Of a stretch of DNA of 64,000 bases, positions 46,552 to 56,302 are shown piece after piece (the stretch's first letter is position 1; each line of letters starts with the position of its first letter). The notes beneath the pieces were generated by a model, which had not been told where the DNA came from, did no database searches, and saw only the letters and a list, made by a program, of their open reading frames with translations. The position numbers were made by a program, and so were the translations under genes. This DNA is from Lentimicrobiaceae bacterium (GTDB lineage: Bacteria; Bacteroidota; Bacteroidia; Bacteroidales; UBA4417): NCBI GenBank assembly GCA_031550085.1, contig JAVBOY010000002.1, positions 17,946 to 81,945 of the forward strand, in the 5' to 3' direction.

Positions 46552-49500
46552 TTATTGTTTTATCACCTTTGCTATTTTTCCGTCTACTTTTAAAATATAC
46601 GAACCTTTCGCAAGCGATGATAGATCTAAAGTCGCTTTGGTTTCTCCCACATTTGTCCGCTCAATCAACAACCTTCCGATTACATCGTAAACTTGAATGG
46701 TGTTGATTTTCGACTTTTCATTGTCGATGGTGATGCGGCCGGTTGTAGGATTCGGGTAAACTTGCAGTTTCGCCAAACGTGCCTCGTCGACACCATCGAT
46801 GATGAACATGGCTTGTATCACATGGTTTGTGATTACATTGTCAAACGTATACGTCGAAACCGCGCCTACGCTCGTACCGTCAACCATGACTCTGTCGATC
46901 TGGTAAAGCGGGCTGGGCGTAATGGTAAATGTTTTGCTTTCGCCCGAATTTACCGTAATGGTTCCAACAGGGGAAATGGTTCCTCCGATACCGGCGGATG
47001 CCACAATGGTATATACGCCTGCAACAAATTCGGCTTCAATGGTATGATTGGCTTGTACATTGGTAAATGTATAGGTGCCGCTCAAAACGGAACCCGGAAC
47101 ATTCACACCGTCAACCAGTATCGATTTAATCACATAACCCGGATCCGCCGTAATGGTGAAAATCTTGTCGTTTCCTTCCGGTACCGTTACATCACCCGAT
47201 GGGGTAATGGTTCCATTGGGACCTGCCGTTGCTGTGATGATGTAGGAAGTACCTTCTTCAAATACGGCAACATACTCTGCTTCTTCGGTTACAGGGAAAA
47301 TATACGGGTTTGAGGTAGAAACGGCTACGCCGGCTTTTTGCCATTCTTTCAAACGGTACCCGGGTACGGGAGTCGCCTTCAGGATTGCATTATCATTCGG
47401 ATTGAACAGGCCTCCCCCGACAACATATCCCATATCGGAATTATCGCTTCTTACGGTAACCGAGAAAGTCTTATTTTGTAAAGATCTTGTGTCAAAGTTA
47501 AAATGCTGAGCTGCGGACACATAAGTTGTTCCTAGACCATAAGCCTGAATCCAGTTCATGAAAATTCCATAGTCATTGGATCTAAAGGAATAGGATTTAG
47601 TATCATAGCATTCATTAGCATAACGTACCGAAGCAACTAGCGAATTAAATTCTTTATCAAACAGGAGAATATCCAGGTTCTCGGTTATATATGAACTACC
47701 GCCGGAATACGAATCAAACATCAAATACAAAGTATCGCTGTGATATATCAGCCCTTTGGTCGATATCAATGTTTGGTACGACGGTTCTACCAAATCTTTC
47801 CCCTCGTCCCCCCATTTCAGACTCCCGTCTTTGCTTATAACTTGTCCCTTCAAGAAATAGTAAACAGAACCACCGGCTACAGTCGCAGCAGTAGCAAAAG
47901 CCAAGGTATTTTCGTCGGAATTTTCGTTACGGACAACAGCCGGCCATCCGTACAAGCGAGGACGTTGCGGGTCGTTGGATACCGCTACTCCGGTGGATCC
48001 GATTTGAGGCTCTAAATTATCATCCAGATATTGCACATAATAAGTTCCCCTGAAAAGCAAACTGGAATAGCAAACCCATAAACCGGATTGCAGAGAGTTT
48101 TCCGTATCAAACAATAATATAGAAGCTCCATCCATTCCCGATTCCGTCACCGTTACCGGGCTCGACAAGGTAGGCGTAAGATCTGAATCGAACACTTGCA
48201 AATACAGTGAACCATTCGCTCCTCCGTAAGTCACAAACAAACGATCTTGCTTATCAAATTCCATCGTAGAAACGTTTTGGTTGACGGTTTTGATAATCTG
48301 GCCGGTAGCCTTGTTTATTTTGTGAATTTTGCCCGTATTTGTGGCCATATAAATATTGTTGCGACTGTCTGTCCTGAGAAATGTGGCGACTACCAAGCCG
48401 ATTGCTCCCGGAGAAATCACAACGCCTTCATTACCAAATAATTGTTGGCCTGTTGGAGATGTTTTCCAGATACGTAATTCTCCGAGAGTCTGTTGGCTGG
48501 CATTCCGGTACATATTCGTATACCCCACGATGAGGTTTCCTTCCTTATCGGCTTCAGAGGTATTTACGATAGCAAATGTCAAGCGGTTGTCGGAGATTTG
48601 GATTCCTTCACTTGCAAACTGTTGATGTCCGGCTTGATTCAAATATTGGGCAAACTCATTGAAGTTCCCACCTTTGTTTTGAGAGAAAGCAACAAACAAA
48701 TTACCGTCTTTGGTCAAACTGGCTCTTCCGCCTCCGACGTTGGTCAGACCATCGGAAGCTAGTACCGGGTAATCCACATTGCCGTATCCCGGCCGAATGA
48801 TCATGTAGGCAGTGTCGTTGCCATGGTTCATGTCCTCGCCCAAAGAGGTATAGGCCTTCAAATAATGATCGCCGGGAGCCGACAGATCAAGCGTGTGCGT
48901 GAACGTGTGGCGGTATACGGAATCTGGCCGTAGCGGCGTAGAGAAAGTAACCATGTCTGAAAGAAGGTTCATGCCGTCTGCCAAACAGGAAACTTGGGCT
49001 CCATCGAGCGGATTTGCCCCATAATTCCTAATATCAACAATAACGGTTGTTGTGGAGGTACATTGCAGACTCATTACCGGAGACACGATGCGCACCACAC
49101 CCAAGTCTTTATTAATAAATGTGACACTCTTCGTCACCATATTGTTTGCAGGAACTTCATCTCCCGGGTAAGAAGCGGTAACCGATAATACATAGGTTTT
49201 TACCTGCGACATATCAATCGTGTTGGGGAAGGTATAAATAACCGTGCCTTTGATCGGCAGGTTAACCGCTCCTCTCAGCAGTTCTACCCCATCAACTTTG
49301 CAAGACAGAGGCACTGTCAACGGGATGGAGGTGTTGTTTCGCAGCGAAACCGTTACACTTTCCGTCCCTGTTAACGGACCTGTTTCCGGCGCAATAATGG
49401 CAATCATTTCAACATCCAATGTTTCGTTGGTCGTGTAAACAGTTGTCGTTAACGTATCATTTAAACGGTTTACATCTCCGGCACAAGTCACATAGGTTTT

Positions 49501-52500
49501 GAAGTTATACTGGCCCGGAACCAACATATTTGCTTTTTGCGCAAATGTGTACATATAGGTTACATTTGGAGCGACAGAAGCAGTTATTGTTTCTGTAACC
49601 GTTGTTCCATTTATTTTGTAGGCAATCGGGAAATTTGAAAGCGTAGTATTTCCTAAGTTTTCGATCGAAACCGTCACATCGAGCGCTGCATTTATTTTAC
49701 CGGAAATCGGCGCAATAAAGCTAGCCATCTTCATATCGGTTTTCGGCAAACAAGTTACCGTAACACGGGCCGTGTCATTGGCCCGGTTTGCGTCAAATGT
49801 CACATCCGTATAAAATTCGATATTATAAGTTTGCGGAGTATACAAATCAACTTCTTCCAAAACGAAATGGTACGTTTGATTCACGCCGATGTGAACTTGG
49901 TAGACAGAATCACGAAGCATGGCTCCGTTTAATTTGCATTTAATCGGTAATTCAAAGATGTCATCTTGTCCGACATTCGTAATGTTTACGACAATCGAAT
50001 CGGAGGCCGAAAATACGGCATTCGCGGTCGGATAAACTAACTGAACGGCGGCATTCGGCAATCCTGTCACTTCGCTTACGGAAAATGAATTGGCAATATT
50101 CGCAATGTTGGTTACCCCATTCACCCGGAACGCAAACACATAATTGTCCGTTTGCGGAATGGTGACGTAAGCGATAAAGGGTTGGTCCTCAGAAACACGC
50201 TTGGTATTGGTATAGGATTTTATCAACGAAAGGTTTTCCACCTGGTTTCCTTTGCCGTACATCAAATCAATATTGAACGGCTTGTTGTAAGCGGATGCCA
50301 AAGCTTCAAACGAAATACGGTAGGTTTTTCCGCTTTGCAACGCCATTTGTTTGGTCATCAAATAATCGTTGGCAGCATTTGTGGAATTGTAGGCAAATCC
50401 GTTGATCGTTCCTGTTACTTTTTGCCACAAAACGGCATCCTTGTTTTGATCGAATGTCAACCAATCGTTTACGGTTGTGAAATCAATAATTTCATACGGC
50501 ACTGTGGCCCTGGGCACATTTTGAACAACCGATGTCAACGTATCGTCCAGACGGTTGTCATCGCTTCCCGGGTGTGAAACCCACACTTTTACATTTTCAT
50601 TTCCGGTTCCGGCAAATACGGCTTTGGCCGGGAAATAGAAAATATTTTGAGCGCCGGCAGCCAAGGTTCCAAAATTAGCCGTTACGGTAGTCCCATTGTT
50701 TATCTTATAATTGATCGAATAGGAGGTTACCGGGTTTTTTCCCAAATTTTTAACAATCGTGCCCAGGGGTAGGCTGTCCAAACCGGCTACTTGCGTTCCC
50801 GGTAGAATAACCTTTGTCAATGCCATATTATCATCATAGACTTGGTAAAAATTGGGGTTTTTGAAAAGAACATTACATTTCAATCCTCCTGAAATGGCGG
50901 GGACATAAAAAGCAAAATAATAATCCCCGTCTGCAGTCGGTATAAATGTATCCGTATAGGTCGTCAATGCGTTATTTGCCGTCGTAATACTGATATTCCG
51001 GATGTTGTCCTGTACCAAGGTGAATGTATTTCCCGATTTGGTATAAACTTTCACCACTAAATTAGCCGTTTGTGCTGCCGAACGCCCTACCTGGTAGGTG
51101 AACTCACACATCTGACCGGCCTTAATGTTGATGGGTCTTGAATAAAGTGTTGCGTCAAGAAGAGATGGATTGAATGTACTTCCCGTGTACTGCCAACGGG
51201 CATCCGCCGCTAAAACATTGACCGTCCAGCGGTCGGTTTCCCAAAAACGGTCCTCTTTCGTATAGGTTGCAGTACCTGTCCCTAATGTAGCATTGTAAGG
51301 CAAGGTGGTCACTTTGGGTGTCAGGGTGGATATAATGGTATCGTTGACTGCGATGTTGTCTCCAGCCAGTGATACCCATGTTTTCAAATTGTACGTTTTC
51401 AGCGCGGACATATCAGCGGCAGCCGTGAACGTATAATCGATGGATTCACCCACATTCAATGCGGCTGAAACCGTTTCTTGAACAACCGTGCCTCCGTCGA
51501 GCTGGTAGAAAGCTTTGACGCTATTGGCCTCAATGGGAGTAGCCAATCCTGCGTTAGCTACTTTTAATTTAATGGCTTCCGTCACGCTGTAACGGGGAGT
51601 CAAATCTACCGGAGAAACCAAAGAAGCTGCCGATGCATCTAGGTCGGACACTTCGCGAACCGAAGCGCTCAGTAAATCGAATTCCAGACTTCTTGCTTTC
51701 GATAAATACCGGAATACAAAGTAGTAAGACGTATCCTGGATAGGAGTTACGTACACTTTTTGGTTCCTACAATTGCTATTGTTGATGTCGTTTTTGTAAA
51801 ATACCGGAAGCCCTTCACGGCTCAAGGTATCAAAACGAGTCGCCAAATAAATTTGCATGGCATTTACATCGGCCGCGTTGGTACTGTTGGTCAACGCGTC
51901 AAATGCCAATTCGTATTTTTTGCCTGCTTTCAAATGGATGGGACGCGAAAACAAGGGTACATCTGCATCAAATGTTTTTGAAGCTCCGTTAATCGAAAGG
52001 GCTGAGGGGTAAAGAGTCGTTCCAACCACCCAATAAGGATAGGTGGCTCTGGCACCCATTTCAATTTGTTGCCAGGCGTCAAAGTCTTGTCCGGTGCTAA
52101 CCCAGGCGGCCGTATAAGGTGTGCCCGCCATTTTGTTGGCAATGGTATAGGTAAGCTTGTCGTTGCTCACATTCTGGTCTCCTGCCAGTACCGTTTGCAC
52201 CTGCAGGGTATAATTCGTGCGGTAACCGTCCGTATTGGCCAGTGTACTAAATGTATATTCAGCCGTTGCATTGGGAGCCAACGGTTGGGGCGGTGTAAAC
52301 GTTTCGGTAACAAGTTGGCTGCCGGGAGTCAACGTATATTTTAAATTGATGGAACTTACCGGGGTACTGCCCAAATTGGTAAAGTTAATCGTCACGGGCG
52401 TTTTGAAGTAAGCGCCGTCGTTGGTAGCAGTACCGCCCGAAAGGTCTTTTACAAAGTTCAGTTTCACATCTTTAGACCAACGTTTGGATGCAAAAACTCC

Positions 52501-53139
52501 GTCAATCGTAAGTTCTGCATTTGAAGACCTTATATTCGGCGAATTGACGTAAAAGCGCAATTTAAAACTCTTATTATCGTAAGTAGATGGTAAATAAACC
52601 TGAATAGCATACCAATCAAGGGTCATGCTTCCTACTCCGTTCAATGAGGTTTGTGTGTATGCAAATCCTGTCGGTTGCCCGTCGCTACGCCAAAGCTCGT
52701 CCCAAGTTTCACCGCCATCGGCAGATGCCTGAAAAGCAAAATATCCGAATCCGGTTGGAAAAGGGACTACCGACGGGTTAAACACCGAAAACCCAACACA
52801 CACATTGGTTTTCACATTCACGATATCCGGAGATGTAATGGTTCCGACATACCCCATATTGGATGTAAATGGGAGCGCCAGGGAATACGTACTTGTCGGA
52901 TCCGCATTTGTGAAATTTTTCCCTGCAGGAGCATACGTATTTGTCGTTTTCCACAGACTCGTCGTCGGAGTTTGTGTACCGCCCGACGCATAAGTATTTC
53001 CCGTTTGGGTCCAGTTGGTAGCCGCAATCGTTGCTACATCAAAACCCTGCTTGTAAAAAGGGGTTCCGAGGTAGGGAACTTGCGCCCAAATGTTTGCAGC
53101 GCAAAAAAGTAAGATTAAAGAAAGTAATCTGTTCTTCAT
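46552..53139 (-). CDS. Giant secreted surface protein (~2195 aa) with a T9SS C-terminal sorting domain
   Basis: Signal peptide MKNRLLSLILLFCAANIWAQ starts at the ATG at 53139 (the track TTG at 53223 is less likely). There are seven CARDB-like Ig modules, each ending xND[TK], and three InlB-B-repeat-like modules (ATAGPNGTITPSGDVTVPEGNDKIFTITADPGYVIKSILVDG). The C-terminal LQVYPNPTTGRITI...GSYILKVDGKIAKVIKQ is a Por/T9SS CTD. Confidence 0.88.
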   Translation of the reverse strand: MKNRLLSLILLFCAANIWAQVPYLGTPFYKQGFDVATIAATNWTQTGNTYASGGTQTPTTSLWKTTNTYAPAGKNFTNADPTSTYSLALPFTSNMGYVGTITSPDIVNVKTNVCVGFSVFNPSVVPFPTGFGYFAFQASADGGETWDELWRSDGQPTGFAYTQTSLNGVGSMTLDWYAIQVYLPSTYDNKSFKLRFYVNSPNIRSSNAELTIDGVFASKRWSKDVKLNFVKDLSGGTATNDGAYFKTPVTINFTNLGSTPVSSINLKYTLTPGSQLVTETFTPPQPLAPNATAEYTFSTLANTDGYRTNYTLQVQTVLAGDQNVSNDKLTYTIANKMAGTPYTAAWVSTGQDFDAWQQIEMGARATYPYWVVGTTLYPSALSINGASKTFDADVPLFSRPIHLKAGKKYELAFDALTNSTNAADVNAMQIYLATRFDTLSREGLPVFYKNDINNSNCRNQKVYVTPIQDTSYYFVFRYLSKARSLEFDLLSASVREVSDLDASAASLVSPVDLTPRYSVTEAIKLKVANAGLATPIEANSVKAFYQLDGGTVVQETVSAALNVGESIDYTFTAAADMSALKTYNLKTWVSLAGDNIAVNDTIISTLTPKVTTLPYNATLGTGTATYTKEDRFWETDRWTVNVLAADARWQYTGSTFNPSLLDATLYSRPINIKAGQMCEFTYQVGRSAAQTANLVVKVYTKSGNTFTLVQDNIRNISITTANNALTTYTDTFIPTADGDYYFAFYVPAISGGLKCNVLFKNPNFYQVYDDNMALTKVILPGTQVAGLDSLPLGTIVKNLGKNPVTSYSINYKINNGTTVTANFGTLAAGAQNIFYFPAKAVFAGTGNENVKVWVSHPGSDDNRLDDTLTSVVQNVPRATVPYEIIDFTTVNDWLTFDQNKDAVLWQKVTGTINGFAYNSTNAANDYLMTKQMALQSGKTYRISFEALASAYNKPFNIDLMYGKGNQVENLSLIKSYTNTKRVSEDQPFIAYVTIPQTDNYVFAFRVNGVTNIANIANSFSVSEVTGLPNAAVQLVYPTANAVFSASDSIVVNITNVGQDDIFELPIKCKLNGAMLRDSVYQVHIGVNQTYHFVLEEVDLYTPQTYNIEFYTDVTFDANRANDTARVTVTCLPKTDMKMASFIAPISGKINAALDVTVSIENLGNTTLSNFPIAYKINGTTVTETITASVAPNVTYMYTFAQKANMLVPGQYNFKTYVTCAGDVNRLNDTLTTTVYTTNETLDVEMIAIIAPETGPLTGTESVTVSLRNNTSIPLTVPLSCKVDGVELLRGAVNLPIKGTVIYTFPNTIDMSQVKTYVLSVTASYPGDEVPANNMVTKSVTFINKDLGVVRIVSPVMSLQCTSTTTVIVDIRNYGANPLDGAQVSCLADGMNLLSDMVTFSTPLRPDSVYRHTFTHTLDLSAPGDHYLKAYTSLGEDMNHGNDTAYMIIRPGYGNVDYPVLASDGLTNVGGGRASLTKDGNLFVAFSQNKGGNFNEFAQYLNQAGHQQFASEGIQISDNRLTFAIVNTSEADKEGNLIVGYTNMYRNASQQTLGELRIWKTSPTGQQLFGNEGVVISPGAIGLVVATFLRTDSRNNIYMATNTGKIHKINKATGQIIKTVNQNVSTMEFDKQDRLFVTYGGANGSLYLQVFDSDLTPTLSSPVTVTESGMDGASILLFDTENSLQSGLWVCYSSLLFRGTYYVQYLDDNLEPQIGSTGVAVSNDPQRPRLYGWPAVVRNENSDENTLAFATAATVAGGSVYYFLKGQVISKDGSLKWGDEGKDLVEPSYQTLISTKGLIYHSDTLYLMFDSYSGGSSYITENLDILLFDKEFNSLVASVRYANECYDTKSYSFRSNDYGIFMNWIQAYGLGTTYVSAAQHFNFDTRSLQNKTFSVTVRSDNSDMGYVVGGGLFNPNDNAILKATPVPGYRLKEWQKAGVAVSTSNPYIFPVTEEAEYVAVFEEGTSYIITATAGPNGTITPSGDVTVPEGNDKIFTITADPGYVIKSILVDGVNVPGSVLSGTYTFTNVQANHTIEAEFVAGVYTIVASAGIGGTISPVGTITVNSGESKTFTITPSPLYQIDRVMVDGTSVGAVSTYTFDNVITNHVIQAMFIIDGVDEARLAKLQVYPNPTTGRITIDNEKSKINTIQVYDVIGRLLIERTNVGETKATLDLSSLAKGSYILKVDGKIAKVIKQ

Positions 53140-53604
53140 AAAAGTGTAATTTATTTTTCGAAAATTAATTTTCAGTAAAAAAATGAGGGTACGAAGGTAA
53201 CTACATTTGGTATACCGGTGCAAATAATGCCTATATATAAAGTGTCACAAAAAAAAATACACACAACTGGTAACCAATTGCTTATTTATTTAATTTTGTT
53301 TCTTTGGAAATTTGCTCAACTGAAAAAGAAATTTTAACTTTGAAATTGCAAGATTTACCTTAAAAACGATCTCAATTCAAAATTCGAACAACGTATATTC
53401 AGAAAGTATACCCTAAAAATCAGTTTTTTTTTACTATACAGTTTAAACAAGTTCTACTTAAAAAAGTTGACTGGAATTTCGAAAAATATTTAATTAATTA
53501 AAAAAAATGTAATGACTTAAAATTTAATTTTTTATTGTTTTTCGTTTCTTAATTTTGGCATTTCAACTTATGTGTATGACTTTTTGTCCGTTTGTTTTGC
53601 AGTT

Positions 53605-55314
53605 ATGAAAAGGTTTTTAATTTTCACCTTATTTATTCTAACAATTTTTCACTCCTCCGCTCAAGCTGCTGAAAAAACAAAAACGTTTGAGCAGATCGAA
53701 CAGCAAATTGATCAGATCAACTATATACACGGGACCCAGGCATCCCTTCTGGTTCAAAAGCTCTATGACCTGTCCAATGTTTCGCCCGACAGCGTTACCT
53801 TGTTCACCCGCGCCCTCTACTGGGATGCGGTGGTAAATTATGCACAAGGAACCGGCAGCCCGAACCTGGTTCCCATGCTCGAAAAACAACTAAATACGGG
53901 CCCATCCCTCCCTTTCTCATCGGATAAAGCGCTGATATCCTATTCGTTGTCCTTAAGTTATTCGATATTGGGCGATTACGGCAAAGCGTTCAACCATGCA
54001 CTGCAAGCCCTGGAATTTTACAAAAAAGAAAACAACCACCCGTTTGTTGTGAAAACCTTGGTTGTTCTTGGAAATATCTGCGGATACATTAAAAACTACC
54101 AAATGTCCGAAGATTATTACAACGAAGCAGCGGAACTTGTTACCCCGTCCCAAAGGGAATTTTACCAGGTTCATTTAAACCTGTACAAGTTGTTTTTTAT
54201 TTCAAACCATGTGGAAAAAGCCATTGATTCGTCGCTGCACATCATCCCGGCTGTAAAAAACTTCCGTGATACCGGATTGATCATTGTCGCTTACTTGAAT
54301 CTCGGGGCTTGTTATTCTTCTACCGGCCAATACGAAAAAGCGCATGCCTATTACGATACCTTGTCTCATTTAACGGAATACGTGGACAATAAAAAAGTTG
54401 AAATCGCGCTTTACCAAAATATTGCGGTGTACCGGTACTTAACAGGGTCTTATCAATTAGCCTATTCGACCTTAAGCAAAGTAGACAAGATTGCACGGCA
54501 AACCAACAACCTGGAACAACGTTCGCAAATTCTAAACAACCTGTCATTGATTTTCGAACGGCTCGGAAACCTCGACAGCGCTTATTTTTACTTGAAAGAG
54601 TACGTGGGTATCTCAAAACAACTGGTCAACAATTCGAAAGCGATTGATGCGTATCAGGCATATGTATCCACCTTTCTCGAATCGTCGGAGAATAAATTGA
54701 CCATTGCCGAACAAAAAATACGGCTGAAAAACAACAGCATCATCATTATCATCAGCATTTCCCTTGCGGCCATCTTGGCGGCGGGCTTGCTTCTTCTGTA
54801 CTCGCGCCAACAAAAGCGAAACAAAGAATCCGAAAACAAAGACCTGGAAGAACGCTTGCAACAGGAAAAGGAAATCCAGCAATTGCAGGACGATAAAATG
54901 AAGGCCCAGGTACGGGAACTCTCCTCCTATTCCATGCTCCTTTCCAGTAAAAACAACATTCTGCAGCAAATTTCTTCGCTGACCGAAACTTTGCATTCGG
55001 ATCAAAAAGAACTTACCGAAATCAAAAAAATCATCAAAAGCAACCTGAACACGGATAGCGATTGGAAAATGTCCATGATGCACTTTGAAAAAGTACACCC
55101 CGATTTTTTCCATAAATTGAAAATTCAATGCAGCGACCTCACCAAGAATGATTTGCGGTTGTGTGCTTATATGCAAATCGGTATCGATTCGAAGCAAATT
55201 GCGCAAATATTGAATGTTTCCCACGGCTCTGTGCGCATGCACCGTTACCGCGTAAAAAAGAAACTCGGGCTGCACGAAGATGCAAACCTCGACGATTTCC
55301 TGCGGACTGTTTAA
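53605..55314 (+). CDS. Transmembrane one-component regulator: periplasmic TPR-like sensor region, one TM, coiled coil, C-terminal LuxR-type HTH
   Basis: Signal/anchor MKRFLIFTLFILTIFHSSAQA is followed by TPR-like repeats and a TM segment (IIIIISISLAAILAAGLLLLY). The HTH reads LTKNDLRLCAYMQIGIDSKQIAQILNVSHGSVRMHRYRVKKKLG. The ATG at 53605 is preferred to the GTG at 53572. Confidence 0.75.
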   Translation: MKRFLIFTLFILTIFHSSAQAAEKTKTFEQIEQQIDQINYIHGTQASLLVQKLYDLSNVSPDSVTLFTRALYWDAVVNYAQGTGSPNLVPMLEKQLNTGPSLPFSSDKALISYSLSLSYSILGDYGKAFNHALQALEFYKKENNHPFVVKTLVVLGNICGYIKNYQMSEDYYNEAAELVTPSQREFYQVHLNLYKLFFISNHVEKAIDSSLHIIPAVKNFRDTGLIIVAYLNLGACYSSTGQYEKAHAYYDTLSHLTEYVDNKKVEIALYQNIAVYRYLTGSYQLAYSTLSKVDKIARQTNNLEQRSQILNNLSLIFERLGNLDSAYFYLKEYVGISKQLVNNSKAIDAYQAYVSTFLESSENKLTIAEQKIRLKNNSIIIIISISLAAILAAGLLLLYSRQQKRNKESENKDLEERLQQEKEIQQLQDDKMKAQVRELSSYSMLLSSKNNILQQISSLTETLHSDQKELTEIKKIIKSNLNTDSDWKMSMMHFEKVHPDFFHKLKIQCSDLTKNDLRLCAYMQIGIDSKQIAQILNVSHGSVRMHRYRVKKKLGLHEDANLDDFLRTV

Positions 55315-55425
55315 GGGGCAATAAAACCGGTTTCAAACAAAAATTCCCAGACTGTTTTTTTACAGATTCTTTTTTTAGATATTACGGATCCATTCTTTTT
55401 TGCCAAGTAAAAACCGAAACTCCAA

Positions 55426-55460
55426 CAAGTTGTCCATGAAACTTCGGACAGCTTGTTTTT
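55426..55460 (+). terminator. Intrinsic terminator after the TPR-LuxR regulator gene
   Basis: CAAGTTGTCC at 55426-55435 pairs with GGACAGCTTG at 55446-55455 (one G-U pair), followed by TTTTT. Confidence 0.65.
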
Positions 55461-55621
55461 ATCTATTTAAACCGTCGTCTTTACAAGGGAACCGTATCTT
55501 AGAATATAATTTTAAATGAATCCCCCCGCCGCAAGCGGTCGGGGTATCAATAATGTATAAATTTATCAATGGTTCATATTCAATAGTTATATCGTTTTTT
55601 TTATTTCTTCACACATAGTAA

Positions 55622-56302
55622 CTACATAAACTCCTGCACACTGTTTACAATCTGTCCGTCGAACAAATCCACAATGCGGTGGGCATACGAAGCGTCGTGC
55701 TTGGAGTGGGTGACCATCACCACCGTTGTGCCTTCCCGGTTGAGTTCGGTGAGCAGGTTCATCACTTCAGCCCCGTTTTTCGAATCCAGATTACCGGTCG
55801 GTTCGTCGGCAAGGATCAGCTTGGGATTGGCCACCACGGCACGGGCAATGGCCACACGCTGTTGTTGCCCCCCCGAAAGTTGTTGCGGAAAATGGTTGGC
55901 GCGGTGGTTGATCGCCATCCGTTTCAACATTTCATTGACCCTATTTTTCCGTTCCGAAGTTTTAATTTTCAGGTAAATCAACGGAAGTTCCACATTTTCA
56001 AACACATTGAGTTCGTCGATGAGGTTGAAACTTTGGAATACAAACCCGATGTTGCCCTTGCGGAACAGGGTGCGGTCTTTTTCGCGGAGCGAGCCCACTT
56101 CTTTTTCCAACAGGTAATACTTGCCCGAAGTGGGATTGTCCAACAAGCCGATAATATTCAGCAAGGTGGATTTGCCACAGCCCGAAGGGCCCATCACTGC
56201 GACAAACTCGCCTTGTTTGATTTCGAGTGAAACCTGTTGAAGAGCAATGGTTTCGATTTCGTCGGTACGGAAGTGCTTGCTTAGGTTTTCAATTTTTAGC
56301 AT
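55622..56302 (-). CDS. MacB/LolD-type ABC transporter ATP-binding protein
   Basis: Walker A GPSGCGKST, signature LSGGQQQRVAIARA and Walker B ILADEPTGNLD; 226 aa. Confidence 0.9.
   Translation of the reverse strand: MLKIENLSKHFRTDEIETIALQQVSLEIKQGEFVAVMGPSGCGKSTLLNIIGLLDNPTSGKYYLLEKEVGSLREKDRTLFRKGNIGFVFQSFNLIDELNVFENVELPLIYLKIKTSERKNRVNEMLKRMAINHRANHFPQQLSGGQQQRVAIARAVVANPKLILADEPTGNLDSKNGAEVMNLLTELNREGTTVVMVTHSKHDASYAHRIVDLFDGQIVNSVQEFM

Noticed and set aside
53140-53604. Invertible (phase-variable) promoter upstream of the giant surface-protein gene
   Set aside because: I found no convincing inverted repeats bracketing a promoter-sized segment, and no site-specific recombinase gene is nearby.
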